Notes: a model not told the origin generated them from the letters alone. 64,000 nucleotides of DNA from Deferribacterales bacterium (GCA_050253075.1 JBFWJS010000003.1:21358-85357), one strand, 5' to 3'. Counted from the stretch's first letter, positions 1-10,436 are shown. A program made the numbers and translations.

Positions 1-2880
1 ATCTTCTTTTTTGAAACCTTCCTGCACAGTGCTAAGGTGGTCTGTGACTGATTTATCAATGTTTTCAGTCTTATCCACGGAAACTTTTGAGAGTTCTGCA
101 AGTCCAGTTCCGTTTTTACCTGTTGATATGTCGCCGATACCTTCCAGTGTGACTTTATTACCTTCTTGATCAGTACCTTTAATGATAACGCCGCCGTTAA
201 TTGACTCGCTGGATACGCCGGAAAGGCTTTTATGACTGCCGTCTGGAAGTAATATGTTCATTTCATCAAAGGCCATTCTGGATGTATCAGCTTTTTCAGA
301 ACTTCTGATTGCTACAGTATCAAATACCGCACGCATTCTGCCGTTTTCGTCCTGCTGGATTCCACCAATACCTTTGATATTAATAAGGCTGCCTGATTTG
401 TCAGTTCCGTTTATAGTAAGGTTGTTGTCCTTACCTTCGGCAGTGACTCCGGACAGTGTTGTGATATTTCCATCAGTATCCTGAACTTCTATGTCCTCAA
501 AAGTCATTTTAGAAGTATTAGTCCTTTCTTCAGACTGATTTGAGATGGCAGAGAATTCTGCATATTGTTCACCTTGATCATCACGCCTTATTATGCCGAC
601 ACCGCTGATATTGACCAGACTGCCGTTCTGATCTGTTCCGGAAATACTGAGCTTGTCTCCTTTTGTTTCAGTTGTTGCTGCTACCAGGGTTCTGTCGTTA
701 CCTTCAGAATCCAGAACATCGATACTTTCAAAGGTTTGTTGGGAATACCCGCCACTCCTCATGTCGGTATATGTGAATTTGCCTGAGTCATCCCAGCTGA
801 CAGAATATTGACCGGCTCCTGAGAGGCCAAGCTTATCTGCCTCAGAGTCATTAAGAGAAAGTTTTGCTGATCGGGTTGATTTATCAAAGAACTCGTTCAT
901 ATTCATGCCGCTGTTTTCTGCGAGCTTTTTGATATTCGAGTATGCAGCATGTTTTTCCAGACCGGATTTGGTGTTTATGTCTTTGGATATGGTGTCATAA
1001 CCAATTCCAAGAGTGTCTGCCATTTCTCTGGCAGCTTCAGAGCGTCCTTTTGATTCAAGTGCTCCTGTTTTTGCTATTTCTCTGTAATCGTCTACAGTTA
1101 CTTTGTTCTTACCCAAGAGGTCTGATGTTCCGGCCATCTCACCGTGACGTTTCTGAGTAGCAGCACTATTTGCTTGCTCAATGCTTACACCTGTTTCAGA
1201 TTCAGCAGACAAGGCACCGGCACCATGTCCGATCTTTTCCATTGTTGATGTGTATTCGCCAGCTCCCATTGCAGCTGATGCCGGAGCTGTCTCACCGCCG
1301 AATTTATCCATGATGCGGCCGCCTGATTCAAAATGCTTTCCTATGTCGGTTGATCTATTAAATTGAGCAACTGATAAGTTGTCGGGTGTTTTAAGTCCGG
1401 TCATGGAAGGTATGTCAGCGGCACGGTCAAAATTCTTACTGTGAAAGTCTGCCTGACCGCCTGGTGTGCCGAGTTGACTTCCTACTCCGGAGGCACTTGA
1501 TCTGTATTGCTGTCCGAGAGCCGATGTCATAGACGCAAATGCCGCAGAGCCGCCCATCTTTATAATTCCAAAACTTATAACGCTGGCCAGACTCATACTG
1601 ATCCATCTGGCGTTGCTGTACATAGCGAGCACCTTTAAAGTGTCGCTTCCGGTGTAAAACATCGAATTCAGACCAACACCTGTGCTGCGGATATCTCTGA
1701 ATACTTCGTATGCGTGTGTCTGGACGTTTACATTAATTATGGCATCAACAACAAACCACATGATCACCCATATCCACATGCCGATGTACCATTTGAAAGC
1801 ATCCACCGGAGCCATATAGACAAAGAGAGCAACTATAATAAAAGTGGATATGAGAATAGTGATGATCATCCCCTGAAGCTTCGGGATATACTCATCTGCA
1901 ACGCCGCCAGCAACAGTGTTTGCTGCCACAGCCATGCTTTTTGCTATCTCGATGGCGTTCTGTGTTCCGGCGTTTACTCCGCCCATGAGGTACTGTCTGG
2001 CGATGAAGGCTGATGCTACATAGTTTGAGAGTGTTACTGATAGGCCGGTATCCGTTGCAAAGGAGTCAACAAGCCCTGAAAACTTGTCTTTGCACGCCTG
2101 ATACTCGCTGACGTTGCTTACATTAAAGCCGGAGTTGGAGCAGAACTTATACATTACGTTTTCTGTGAATGTCGGGTTCATAAGTCTTGCGGATATATTT
2201 GTATATGCGTCTGCGCACTCATACAGAACGCCGCCTGGATTCGCATCGTCGTATATCACTGAACTGAAAACCCTGTAGTTCAGTCTGAATGACTCCAGCA
2301 GGTTGTCTGAAGTCCATATGTCCTTGTCTGTGATATCACCGTTTGCATATGCCTGACGAAAGCATTTCTCAATATAGTCATAAACGGATCTTGCCAAAAA
2401 ATGATCATTCATATTGCCGATCTGTCCCATGGCTGATGATGCGGCCAAAAGCTCAAAACCGTCTCCGAAGCCTATATCGTTTGCGGACATTATCGGGCTT
2501 CCGGCTGTTTCGATTATGTCGGTTAGTTCTCTTGATGCGGATGAAGTCACAGATGCTATCATGCCTGCGCCGAGCGGAACGCCGCCGACAGCTTCGTATC
2601 TGTTTTTAACAGGGTCATAAATATGCATTGTGACTGTAGGCACCATAAAGATGCTGTATAAAGCCATTCCCCAGAAGAGCCGCTTTATCCAGACAGAGTC
2701 ATTCAGCTTTGCGCCGAAGGCTCGTTCCATGTTCATATGAAATGCGAAGCCTGCAGATGCGAAAATCATGAGGACAGTAATCCAGCTTTTATAGCTGCTG
2801 CTGGAAAAGATTCCCGCCACCATTTTGAAGGCGTTGACTATAGAAGTGAAGTCGCCGTATACATAGAAATCAAACTCCAT
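1..2880 (-). CDS. traG: Conjugal transfer mating-pair stabilisation protein TraG (3' end runs off the window)
   Basis: Translated by hand: MEFDFYVYGDFTSIVNAFKMVAGIF...TVTMHIYDPVKNRYEAVGGVPLG, a typical TraG N-terminus. ATG overlaps the traH stop (TGATG). Absent from the ORF track, consistent with a frame that has no stop before base 1. Confidence 0.88.
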   Translation of the reverse strand, partial: MEFDFYVYGDFTSIVNAFKMVAGIFSSSSYKSWITVLMIFASAGFAFHMNMERAFGAKLNDSVWIKRLFWGMALYSIFMVPTVTMHIYDPVKNRYEAVGGVPLGAGMIASVTSSASRELTDIIETAGSPIMSANDIGFGDGFELLAASSAMGQIGNMNDHFLARSVYDYIEKCFRQAYANGDITDKDIWTSDNLLESFRLNYRVFSSVIYDDANPGGVLYECADAYTNISARLMNPTFTENVMYKFCSNSGFNVSNVSEYQACKDKFSGLVDSFATDTGLSVTLSNYVASAFIARQYLMGGVNAGTQNAIEIAKSMAVAANTVAGGVADEYIPKLQGMIITILISTFIIVALFVYMAPVDAFKWYIGMWIWVIMWFVVDAIINVNVQTHAYEVFRDIRSTGVGLNSMFYTGSDTLKVLAMYSNARWISMSLASVISFGIIKMGGSAAFASMTSALGQQYRSSASGVGSQLGTPGGQADFHSKNFDRAADIPSMTGLKTPDNLSVAQFNRSTDIGKHFESGGRIMDKFGGETAPASAAMGAGEYTSTMEKIGHGAGALSAESETGVSIEQANSAATQKRHGEMAGTSDLLGKNKVTVDDYREIAKTGALESKGRSEAAREMADTLGIGYDTISKDINTKSGLEKHAAYSNIKKLAENSGMNMNEFFDKSTRSAKLSLNDSEADKLGLSGAGQYSVSWDDSGKFTYTDMRSGGYSQQTFESIDVLDSEGNDRTLVAATTETKGDKLSISGTDQNGSLVNISGVGIIRRDDQGEQYAEFSAISNQSEERTNTSKMTFEDIEVQDTDGNITTLSGVTAEGKDNNLTINGTDKSGSLINIKGIGGIQQDENGRMRAVFDTVAIRSSEKADTSRMAFDEMNILLPDGSHKSLSGVSSESINGGVIIKGTDQEGNKVTLEGIGDISTGKNGTGLAELSKVSVDKTENIDKSVTDHLSTVQEGFKKED

Positions 2881-4241
2881 CAGTCATTACTCCTGTTGGC
2901 TGTGAAGCTGTTTTGCTGAAGAGTTTCGTCTATTACTTTTTTCATGTTGCTGTAGCGTTCAAGGATCGCCAGCAGGTTTTCAGTATCACTGATAGTTGCG
3001 AGATAGCTCTCCCTTGCTTCGCTCCCTTTCTCTGCAGTTTTCTTGAGAAGTTCATCTAGCGCAGCAGAGAGCTGTTTGGTGAGCTTGCCGTCGCCGGAGT
3101 CCACCAGAGCTTTATATTCCTCTATAGATGCTTTTGAATTAACCAGAATGTTGCTGAAGATAGCGAAAGCGTATCCGTGGAGAGTTGGCTGGAGCATTGT
3201 ATCCCTAACCACGCCCACCTGATTTGTCCCGTATAAGGAAGCGATGTTCAAAGTGTTTTTGACGGGATACGGGGTGATGGCTACAAAGTTTTTTTCAGCC
3301 GCAGAGAGAGCACTGGTTTTGTTTGCTGTGATCTTATCTGATATGCTCAGAAGGAAGTTCTGGACTTCGTTTGTCAGGTTGCTGCCGGAAGATTCCACGC
3401 AGCCAGCCGAGTATGATGCTTTTGACAGCGGCTTTCCTTCGATGAGCTTTTTGTATGTTGCCTCGTCACATCCTGGGTAGTAAAAAGCGTTGATGGCATT
3501 GTCTGTGAGGTTCACCTGCACATCTCCGATCAGAGCCCTTATCTGTCTTATCTGAGTTGTGTTCATTCCGACTTTTGAGCCGATGCGGTCAAGTATTGAG
3601 CCGGACTTTTTCAGTTCTTCTTTAAGTTCTGCCGACATGCCGGAGTTATCCACGGCTTTTTTGAAATTTGCCCCTGGCTTATCCTCCACATCTTTCTTTG
3701 CATCGGTGAATAGGGTGTCCAGCCCCTGAACCATATTCTTTTGAAGAACGTCCACAGCCTGATCCTCTCGGCCATGGATAAGGTGATTGGCAGAGACCAC
3801 TAGCCCTTTGGCCGCTTTACACTCATCTATCTGCAGGCCGTTGAGAGCATTTATAATGTTTTCCGCTCTGTCTTTGATAGCGGAGCATGAAGTGCAGAAT
3901 TCATTAAGGGCAAGGTCAAAGGCCACATATGGAGCCGCACGAAGAATTCGCTCAGCCTTGTCCACCAGATAGTCAGGATTAAGGAAGCTGAAACCGCCCA
4001 TGAATATATCTATTCCGCCGCAGCCGACGGAAAGTTTCGGCGGCGCAACAGTCATAAGGTAGTCGCTTTTTGTTTTCAATCTGCCCTGAAATGAGCCTAG
4101 AGTCGCAAATCCACGCTCCTGAGACATATATACTGATGCATTGGCGGAGCTGTTTGCGTCAAACCAGTCATCCACCCAGTTCGCATGCGCCATAGGTGTC
4201 ATCATCAAAACTATAAGGAGCATATTTATCGTTCTGAACAT
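2880..4241 (-). CDS. traH: Conjugal transfer pilus assembly protein TraH
   Basis: Signal peptide; PPKLSVGCGGIDIFMGGFSFLN and AFDLAL...C motifs; directly upstream of traG. Confidence 0.93.
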   Translation of the reverse strand: MFRTINMLLIVLMMTPMAHANWVDDWFDANSSANASVYMSQERGFATLGSFQGRLKTKSDYLMTVAPPKLSVGCGGIDIFMGGFSFLNPDYLVDKAERILRAAPYVAFDLALNEFCTSCSAIKDRAENIINALNGLQIDECKAAKGLVVSANHLIHGREDQAVDVLQKNMVQGLDTLFTDAKKDVEDKPGANFKKAVDNSGMSAELKEELKKSGSILDRIGSKVGMNTTQIRQIRALIGDVQVNLTDNAINAFYYPGCDEATYKKLIEGKPLSKASYSAGCVESSGSNLTNEVQNFLLSISDKITANKTSALSAAEKNFVAITPYPVKNTLNIASLYGTNQVGVVRDTMLQPTLHGYAFAIFSNILVNSKASIEEYKALVDSGDGKLTKQLSAALDELLKKTAEKGSEARESYLATISDTENLLAILERYSNMKKVIDETLQQNSFTANRSND

Positions 4242-4362
4242 CTTTCATCCTGTATCGTGGTCTCACATGGAAAATGTTGAAGGGGGTAAATGAAAGAACA
4301 GATAATCATTTAAATGCATATCGCATTCTGTTAAGATTTTTCATCTATCAGGGGAACTGTTT

Positions 4363-4953
4363 ATGCTGCATTTTAATCTGACAAAGCAAATGTATGAGAA
4401 GCTTATCTGGGCAGGCACTGATATGTCTGCAGAGAAGCTGGAAAAATGCTGGAACTGGCATGTAAAAATTATCACTTTTGGCCGGACTAATTGTGTACTG
4501 GCTGTTGAAGAAGATAGTCGGTATGTAATCGTGATGCTTGGATTGAAAAAGGCTGATCTTAAAGACTTCAAGAAGTATTTTATGATTGAGCTGGATAATC
4601 ATTTAGGCTTCATGTTTATGAACTCTGATAAAAGTGTGCAGGAAAAACTGAGGGCTTTCATGGCTGATCTTTGGGGTGATATATCCTATTCAAAGCCGAT
4701 AAGCCGCAGTGTAATATCTCACATGACACAGATGGAGAACGAGATAAATATTTTCTGTCATAAAGACCTTGGCGGTTATCTGCCGTCATCTAATGTAGAG
4801 ATGCAGGCCATGTGCCATTATCTCAATGAACGTCTTCGTTCTATGGGGACGAAGAACGATTATCACAGACCTATGGATATATTCAGGAATAGGGTTCTGG
4901 AGCTTGTTGGCGTTGACTTAGACAATGTAATTCGTATGGAAGATTTCAGATAA
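4363..4953 (+). CDS. Hypothetical protein, DUF6933-like
   Basis: N-terminal TKQMYEKL...WNWHVK...RTNCVLAVEEDSRYVIVM pattern; GGGGA RBS upstream. Confidence 0.6.
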   Translation: MLHFNLTKQMYEKLIWAGTDMSAEKLEKCWNWHVKIITFGRTNCVLAVEEDSRYVIVMLGLKKADLKDFKKYFMIELDNHLGFMFMNSDKSVQEKLRAFMADLWGDISYSKPISRSVISHMTQMENEINIFCHKDLGGYLPSSNVEMQAMCHYLNERLRSMGTKNDYHRPMDIFRNRVLELVGVDLDNVIRMEDFR

Positions 4954-4966
4954 AATGATCTGAATC

Positions 4967-4986
4967 GGGCAGCCATATAGCTGCCC
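4967..4986. terminator. Hairpin between convergent genes
   Basis: GGGCAGC-catata-GCTGCCC perfect 7-bp stem. Confidence 0.55.
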
Positions 4987-4990
4987 ATGA

Positions 4991-5485
4991 TTATAGTGTT
5001 TTCGAGTGGATTCTTGCAATAACTTCACACGCCTTAATTGTGCTGTCAGAGCCGTGGTGCGGTACTTTCAGATAGTTTGATATTGCATCAAGGCTTTTGC
5101 CGGTGGGTATAGTTTCTTTTGTGCCTGTGCGTACAGCGTTAATTACCTTGTGGTTAAATATCAGACCGCACTTAGCATAAGCATCCTGCAGAAAGGTAAG
5201 GTCATATTCTGGAACGAACGACACTACCTCACACCCAGTTACGAACATGTCAAACCTTGCTATAGCGTCCTCTATAGAAACACCATGCTCATCCAGCATA
5301 TCTTTGCTGATGCCTTCGATTTCAGTGAAAATCTCAGAGATATCTGAGTTGATTTTGATATAAGCGTGGAACATCTCGTATGTCATAAGGTCAATGTCTG
5401 GTTTTAAAGCGCAAAGCTCAATTATTTCACCTCTGCTTGGTGATATGCCGCTGGTCTTCATGTCTATATATACTTTTTGTGCCAT
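4991..5485 (-). CDS. DnaQ/DEDDh 3'-5' exonuclease-fold protein with degenerate catalytic residues
   Basis: YIDMKTSG..IIEL (ExoI D-x-E is D-M-K), EYDLTFL (ExoII), SLDAISNYLKV. AAGGAGG RBS favours the ATG at 5485 over 5515. Confidence 0.75.
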   Translation of the reverse strand: MAQKVYIDMKTSGISPSRGEIIELCALKPDIDLMTYEMFHAYIKINSDISEIFTEIEGISKDMLDEHGVSIEDAIARFDMFVTGCEVVSFVPEYDLTFLQDAYAKCGLIFNHKVINAVRTGTKETIPTGKSLDAISNYLKVPHHGSDSTIKACEVIARIHSKTL

Positions 5486-5521
5486 TGCAGCCTCCTTGTA
5501 TGTGAATAGTGGCATGCCTAA

Positions 5522-5538
5522 GCGTCAGTTGCTGTCGC
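5522..5538. promoter_or_regulatory. Putative WYL-regulator operator, copy 1
   Basis: GCGTCA-N5-TGTCGC; on the minus strand TGACGC-N10-CACTAT lies upstream of the DEDDh gene. Confidence 0.6.
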
Positions 5539-6458
5539 TATTTCTCCTGTAGATCGAGAGAATTTTTCAGAGTCTCGGTAAAGTAGTCTTTAACCGCTCC
5601 TGGCGAGATAATTTTTATATACGGCAGCCATGGGAGGCAAAGTTTCACACATTCGATATGAGAGCCCGCCTGGAATTCTATGATGATGTCTCCGTTTTTG
5701 TGTTCGTCCACAATACTCTGTTCCGGAAAGAATTCCTTCCTGCGGATGTATCCGGCCATTTGCTCCTTGAGCAGGCATTTCACTTTTATCTTTTTGTGAG
5801 GATCAAAGAAGATGTTATTTGCCTTTGATATTTCTTCGTTAAGGATATCCGGAGCCATTTCAAAAGTTTCGCCGCTGGCCTTGATATCGTCCATCAGGTC
5901 TAGGCCAAACTTACGGAGCGAATCCTGCTCATTCAGCGCAGCCAGATACCAGAACCCGTCGTTGTATATCAGGCGGTAAGGTTTAACTTTGTATGTCTTG
6001 TCATTCTTCTGATAGTTGAATGTGATTACTTCTCTTGCAAGGATGTATTTCTCAAGCATAGTGAAGTTCTCAGCGATTTTATCAAAGCCAACAGAGTCTG
6101 CTTTCATGAACTGGATAACATTCTGTCTGTTGGATGCAGAGATGATCTTTTTGCGAAGCTTAGACAGCATGCCGGAATATTCATCCTGAAGGATGTTTTC
6201 AGCATAATCAAAAAGACCAGACAGTACTGCCAACTCATCCTGTTTTAAATAGCTCTCCTGAAGCCCGTAATGCTCAGTCAGATACCATTGATGTTTTTCA
6301 TCGCTGTAGCATACTCCAGGGAGGTAACTCATGTCTGAGAGATATCTCTGGGCAGTACGCAGGCTGACACCCAGTTCATCGGCGACCATGGTGGAAGTAA
6401 CATATCTGTTTTCGTTCAGCAGCTTTATCAGTTTCAGGGCTATGTATAGTTTATTCAT
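5538..6458 (-). CDS. HTH-WYL-WCX transcriptional regulator (YafY/DriD-like)
   Basis: N-terminal HTH ADELGVSLRTAQRYL; WYL motif VKPYRLIYNDGFWYLAA...RKFGLDLM; WCX-like end LPWLPYIKIISP. Confidence 0.93.
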   Translation of the reverse strand: MNKLYIALKLIKLLNENRYVTSTMVADELGVSLRTAQRYLSDMSYLPGVCYSDEKHQWYLTEHYGLQESYLKQDELAVLSGLFDYAENILQDEYSGMLSKLRKKIISASNRQNVIQFMKADSVGFDKIAENFTMLEKYILAREVITFNYQKNDKTYKVKPYRLIYNDGFWYLAALNEQDSLRKFGLDLMDDIKASGETFEMAPDILNEEISKANNIFFDPHKKIKVKCLLKEQMAGYIRRKEFFPEQSIVDEHKNGDIIIEFQAGSHIECVKLCLPWLPYIKIISPGAVKDYFTETLKNSLDLQEK

Positions 6459-6482
6459 CTTTCACCTCACAGACACAGTATG

Positions 6483-6525
6483 ATTCTAACATGCGACAGT
6501 AGTTGTCGCTTGGTAGAATTATTGT
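6483..6525. promoter_or_regulatory. Putative WYL operator / divergent promoter, copy 2
   Basis: Imperfect 16-bp inverted repeat ATTCTAACATGCGACA-gtagt-TGTCGCTTGGTAGAAT. Each TGTCGC half-site is followed after 10 nt by a -10-like hexamer (TATTGT on plus, CATACT on minus). Confidence 0.7.
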
Positions 6526-6772
6526 GATATTTACACACAGTATTAATATTAATTAGTCTAAAATATACTGATCGTATAAATCCGTGTTGGTTATTTAAAA
6601 ATAAAAAAATTATGTTAGAATGACTGTGAGTTATAATATTTTAATCTCAAAGATAAAATGCTAACTTAATTTGATATTGGCATTATGTTTATTTCGAGTT
6701 GAAATTGAATATATGTTTGCAGCTATTTGATTTTGTATACTTTAATGTTTTTTGATAAGGAGAGATAGTCTC

Positions 6773-9448
6773 ATGTTAAATCTAAGACTTAGAGAAGAAT
6801 TCCGCAGCAAGAAGCTCAAAGGTACCATGGTTGATTTTACAAATAGACAAGGTACTGGGGCATTAGATATAAGTGCATCTGAATTTTTAAACATAACATA
6901 TCCATCTGTGGATCTATTAAAGACAATTGAAGCTTTGCAGCCAAATAAAGCTCGTCCAGTTGTAATTATTGGTTCAAGAGGACAAGGTAAGTCTCATTTG
7001 ATGGCTGCGATAGCTCATATGTTTAAAGATCATAGTGCTACTGAAAAATGGTTAAAGTCATGGGCGAACCTGCTCCATAGAGATGACTTTTCAGAGTTAA
7101 CTTTAAATCGCAATGTTGAGGTCATAACAGAAAGCTTACATCAGCATAATTATACTTTTCTATGGGATCTTCTCTTTGACAAACACCCAGAAGGTAACTT
7201 CATTAGAGGTAAATGGGAGGGACAAGGAGAAAATAAATCCGAAGTACCAGGAACCGCTCTCTTATTAGAAATGTTTCAGAAGAAGCCTACGGTACTTATT
7301 CTTGACGAATTTCAAACATGGTATGAGGGACTAACTAACAATAAGCAATACCCTCGTAGAAATTGGGCTTTTAATTTTATACAGATTCTCTCAGAAATAG
7401 CAGAACAATATCCAGAGCTTCTTACTATTGTGTTGTCCGTTAGAGAAGGGGACTCTGATGCCGCACAGCAAGTTTATAGGATTAACCATGTTAGGATAGA
7501 TTTTAAAGGGCCAGAAGCAAAACGTGACCGGCAAAAGCTATTGCTCTATAGAATATTCGAAAACCGTATGCAAATTCCAGAGCCTGATATAGAAAATTTA
7601 ATCTCCATACACCTTAGTGAATACTACCGTCTATACCATATACATGGATCAGAGAAGGATCGCTTAAAGAATGAATTCATCCAAAGCTGGCCTTTTTCTC
7701 CTATATTGATGAAATTACTTGATGATCAGGTTCTTATTGCTACACAAACACAAGAAACCAGAGACTTACTCCGTATTCTCGTGAATATTTTTAAAGATGC
7801 TGGAGAAAACAACCCTATTTTAACTGCTGCAGATTTCTCAATCACAGAAGAGAAAAGTGGTGTTACTGCACTATTAGACTCTGTAGCGAATAAACTCCAT
7901 CGAGACCTCCGTTCTAAAGCTCTTAGAAATTATGAAGCTGTTAAAGAAGTTGTAGATGGTTCTCTCCAGAAACAACCTCATCTTAGTATGATTTTAAGCT
8001 CTTTATGGCTTAGATCACTTTCGCTGGAAAATATTGCTGGTGCTCGGCCTGCTGAGATTCAACTAGATATTACAAAGGATAAAACTATAGATGATAACCT
8101 TTTTTCTGTAGAGCTGGAAACAATCAAAGAAAATAGCTTTAATATCCACCAAAAAGGGGATCGTCTTGTATTTCTAAACGAAGAAAACCCACAAGCAAAA
8201 CTTATAGCTCACGCTAAAAATGATAAACTCTTTGATGAAGGACAAGATATTGACTATTTGGCACAAGAAATCCGTTATGTATTGGGCGGTAGTGAGTCAA
8301 ACAGCTCTCAGGGTCGTGTTATTATTTTACGGAAAAATTGGCATGGTTCACCTTGGTCGGAAGTTGATGAAAAGGATCATCCAGCAAACTGGGATACAAG
8401 AATACCGTATGTTATAATCCCTAGAGGTGATGTTACGCAAAAAGATTTGGGTAATTGGCTTAAAAATCATATTTCAAAGTATAGGAATACAATACGTTTT
8501 ATTCTTGCAAAAAGTAGCTTAGACCCTGTTTTTTATGACAAAGCTCTGTTGGTTCTTGCAAGAGCAGTTTATCTGGCTAAAGAGTGGAAAGATGCTGATT
8601 CGAACTATTCATCCCTTTATAGTAAGTATCAAAGTGATCTCAGAGCGCAATTAAAAGTACGTTTTGATCGTTATGCTGTTCTTGATACTTGGAATTTTGG
8701 TCAACCTGATTTGTGTGAATTTGAAATAAATGCACACAAAGCTGAGGGGGATAAAATTATTCCAGCTATTCAGGAAAGAATCGAAAAAGACCTCTTTATT
8801 ATTGAAGATTTCGAGAAATTGGTGCTTGATTCTGCTAAAAGAAATGACTCTTTTGCTGTCTTGATAAATCAATTGAAGGAGCCCGCAGGTGGAGGACAAC
8901 CGTGCATCCCTTGGCTAGGTGAGATTAAAACAAAAGAGCACATAGTTAGACTATGCGCAAAAGGTAAGATTGAAATAAATCTTCGTGGCAGAGAATTATT
9001 AACTACTCTCCCTGGTGAATCTGAAGATACTGCATGGAATCGTATGAAAGGAAAAATTGGTGCCGGTAGAGAGCTGGAAGAAACTTCAATTCATGAGCCT
9101 GACAGCACTGTTACCTCTGGTGGTGGACAAGCAACAGCAGGGACTGCTAGCAATGGAGGTAATGATTCAGATTATATATCTAAAATACCAGAAGGCAGTA
9201 CTCCTATTCCTGGCGTACTTTTTGGAGGAACCTCGACTACATATGGGAAGAAGACTCCCTTTAGTGCGTATAGCTCATCATCTCTATCCATACTGGGTAA
9301 AATAGAAAGTTTCGGCATTACTCCAGGAGCTAAAGTATCTAATATCAGCCTATCGATAGACAACCTTACTGGAGCTCAGCTAAATGATTTAATAAAGAAA
9401 TTACCCGATGGGATATTATATAGCCTTAATCTTGAGAAGGAGGACTAA
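6773..9448 (+). CDS. DUF499-family AAA+ ATPase (defence-associated)
   Basis: Walker A GSRGQGKS, Walker B VLILDE, FIQSWPFSP and QETRDLLR motifs; AAGGAG upstream of the ATG at 6773. Confidence 0.8.
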   Translation: MLNLRLREEFRSKKLKGTMVDFTNRQGTGALDISASEFLNITYPSVDLLKTIEALQPNKARPVVIIGSRGQGKSHLMAAIAHMFKDHSATEKWLKSWANLLHRDDFSELTLNRNVEVITESLHQHNYTFLWDLLFDKHPEGNFIRGKWEGQGENKSEVPGTALLLEMFQKKPTVLILDEFQTWYEGLTNNKQYPRRNWAFNFIQILSEIAEQYPELLTIVLSVREGDSDAAQQVYRINHVRIDFKGPEAKRDRQKLLLYRIFENRMQIPEPDIENLISIHLSEYYRLYHIHGSEKDRLKNEFIQSWPFSPILMKLLDDQVLIATQTQETRDLLRILVNIFKDAGENNPILTAADFSITEEKSGVTALLDSVANKLHRDLRSKALRNYEAVKEVVDGSLQKQPHLSMILSSLWLRSLSLENIAGARPAEIQLDITKDKTIDDNLFSVELETIKENSFNIHQKGDRLVFLNEENPQAKLIAHAKNDKLFDEGQDIDYLAQEIRYVLGGSESNSSQGRVIILRKNWHGSPWSEVDEKDHPANWDTRIPYVIIPRGDVTQKDLGNWLKNHISKYRNTIRFILAKSSLDPVFYDKALLVLARAVYLAKEWKDADSNYSSLYSKYQSDLRAQLKVRFDRYAVLDTWNFGQPDLCEFEINAHKAEGDKIIPAIQERIEKDLFIIEDFEKLVLDSAKRNDSFAVLINQLKEPAGGGQPCIPWLGEIKTKEHIVRLCAKGKIEINLRGRELLTTLPGESEDTAWNRMKGKIGAGRELEETSIHEPDSTVTSGGGQATAGTASNGGNDSDYISKIPEGSTPIPGVLFGGTSTTYGKKTPFSAYSSSSLSILGKIESFGITPGAKVSNISLSIDNLTGAQLNDLIKKLPDGILYSLNLEKED

Positions 9449-10431
9449 TGGACCAGTCAATTCTCAATACAATAATGACGGCAGAGCCAGAAGAATGTTT
9501 ACAGTTGCTTTTGAAAGAAGTCTGGAAGATTTTTTCAACTCCAATAAACTCTGCGACAGCGGATGCTCTTACTGTTGAAAGGGATAAGAAAGCAGCCGTT
9601 TTAGATACATTAATTTGCGGTGCAGCTTGGGAATTATGGAATATAATACCTCACTCACAATTGAGAACATCATATCAATTATCAAAGTTCTGGCAGCATG
9701 AATCACAAGGGAAATCAGTATTGATTCTCGACGCTTTATCATTGAGAGAAGCATGTTGGATATTAGAACAGGCTGAAAATAGAGGATACTCTATTAATAG
9801 GAGCTTTGCATCTTTCTCTGAAATTCCAGGCGATACCACGCCTTTTGCTAAAGCACTCGGATATAGCCAACGTTCATCATTGGCTAACAATGGAGGGAAA
9901 AGCGACTTATTTCCTGGTGCATACACCGAGTCAGCTGATATTCCATTTGCAGACTGCTGTAGGTTGATCAAGCCTGAGACCGGTATTATTTTTTGGCACC
10001 ATTGGCCTGACAGTCTTATTCATGACCTTTCCGATGATGGCAGCGGTGCCCAAAAAATTACGAAAGCAGCAATTGAAACATTTTACTCTGATGATTTTTG
10101 GAAATTTATTGACATTCTTGCAACGGGAAGAAAACTCGTCATTACCGGAGATCATGGCTACGCTAATGCAGGATTGTTTAAAGATATCATAAACAAAGAA
10201 CAGATTGAGTACATGAAAAACCTCTTTAAAAGCGGTCGTTCAACGCAGACAAATTCTGATTATAACAATAACTGGGTACCACCTTTAGCAATGGATATTG
10301 GTGATAGTAAACTTGCTCTGGGTAGAAAAAAATGGAAAAGCCAGGGCGGCTATCCCACGCTAACGCATGGTGGGCTTTCTTTGTTAGAGATGGCAGTTCC
10401 TTTTATAGAAATAGAAAAGAAACAAGGATAA
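9448..10431 (+). CDS. PglZ-type alkaline-phosphatase-superfamily domain protein
   Basis: VLILDALSLRE, VITGDHGY and THGGLSLLEMAVP motifs typical of PglZ; TAATG coupling to the ATPase gene. Confidence 0.8.
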   Translation: MDQSILNTIMTAEPEECLQLLLKEVWKIFSTPINSATADALTVERDKKAAVLDTLICGAAWELWNIIPHSQLRTSYQLSKFWQHESQGKSVLILDALSLREACWILEQAENRGYSINRSFASFSEIPGDTTPFAKALGYSQRSSLANNGGKSDLFPGAYTESADIPFADCCRLIKPETGIIFWHHWPDSLIHDLSDDGSGAQKITKAAIETFYSDDFWKFIDILATGRKLVITGDHGYANAGLFKDIINKEQIEYMKNLFKSGRSTQTNSDYNNNWVPPLAMDIGDSKLALGRKKWKSQGGYPTLTHGGLSLLEMAVPFIEIEKKQG

Positions 10432-10436
10432 TAAAT

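Noticed and set aside
254..2919. Short plus-strand ORFs in the track
   Set aside because: Antisense shadows of traG and the traH 3' end.
4991..5515. DNA polymerase III epsilon (dnaQ)
   Set aside because: Catalytic residues are substituted, there is no C-terminal alpha-binding tail, and it lies in ICE cargo.
10332..10436. N-terminal extension of the methylase ORF in the track
   Set aside because: Overlaps the PglZ C-terminal motif by 100 nt; the ATG at 10437 fits the operon spacing.
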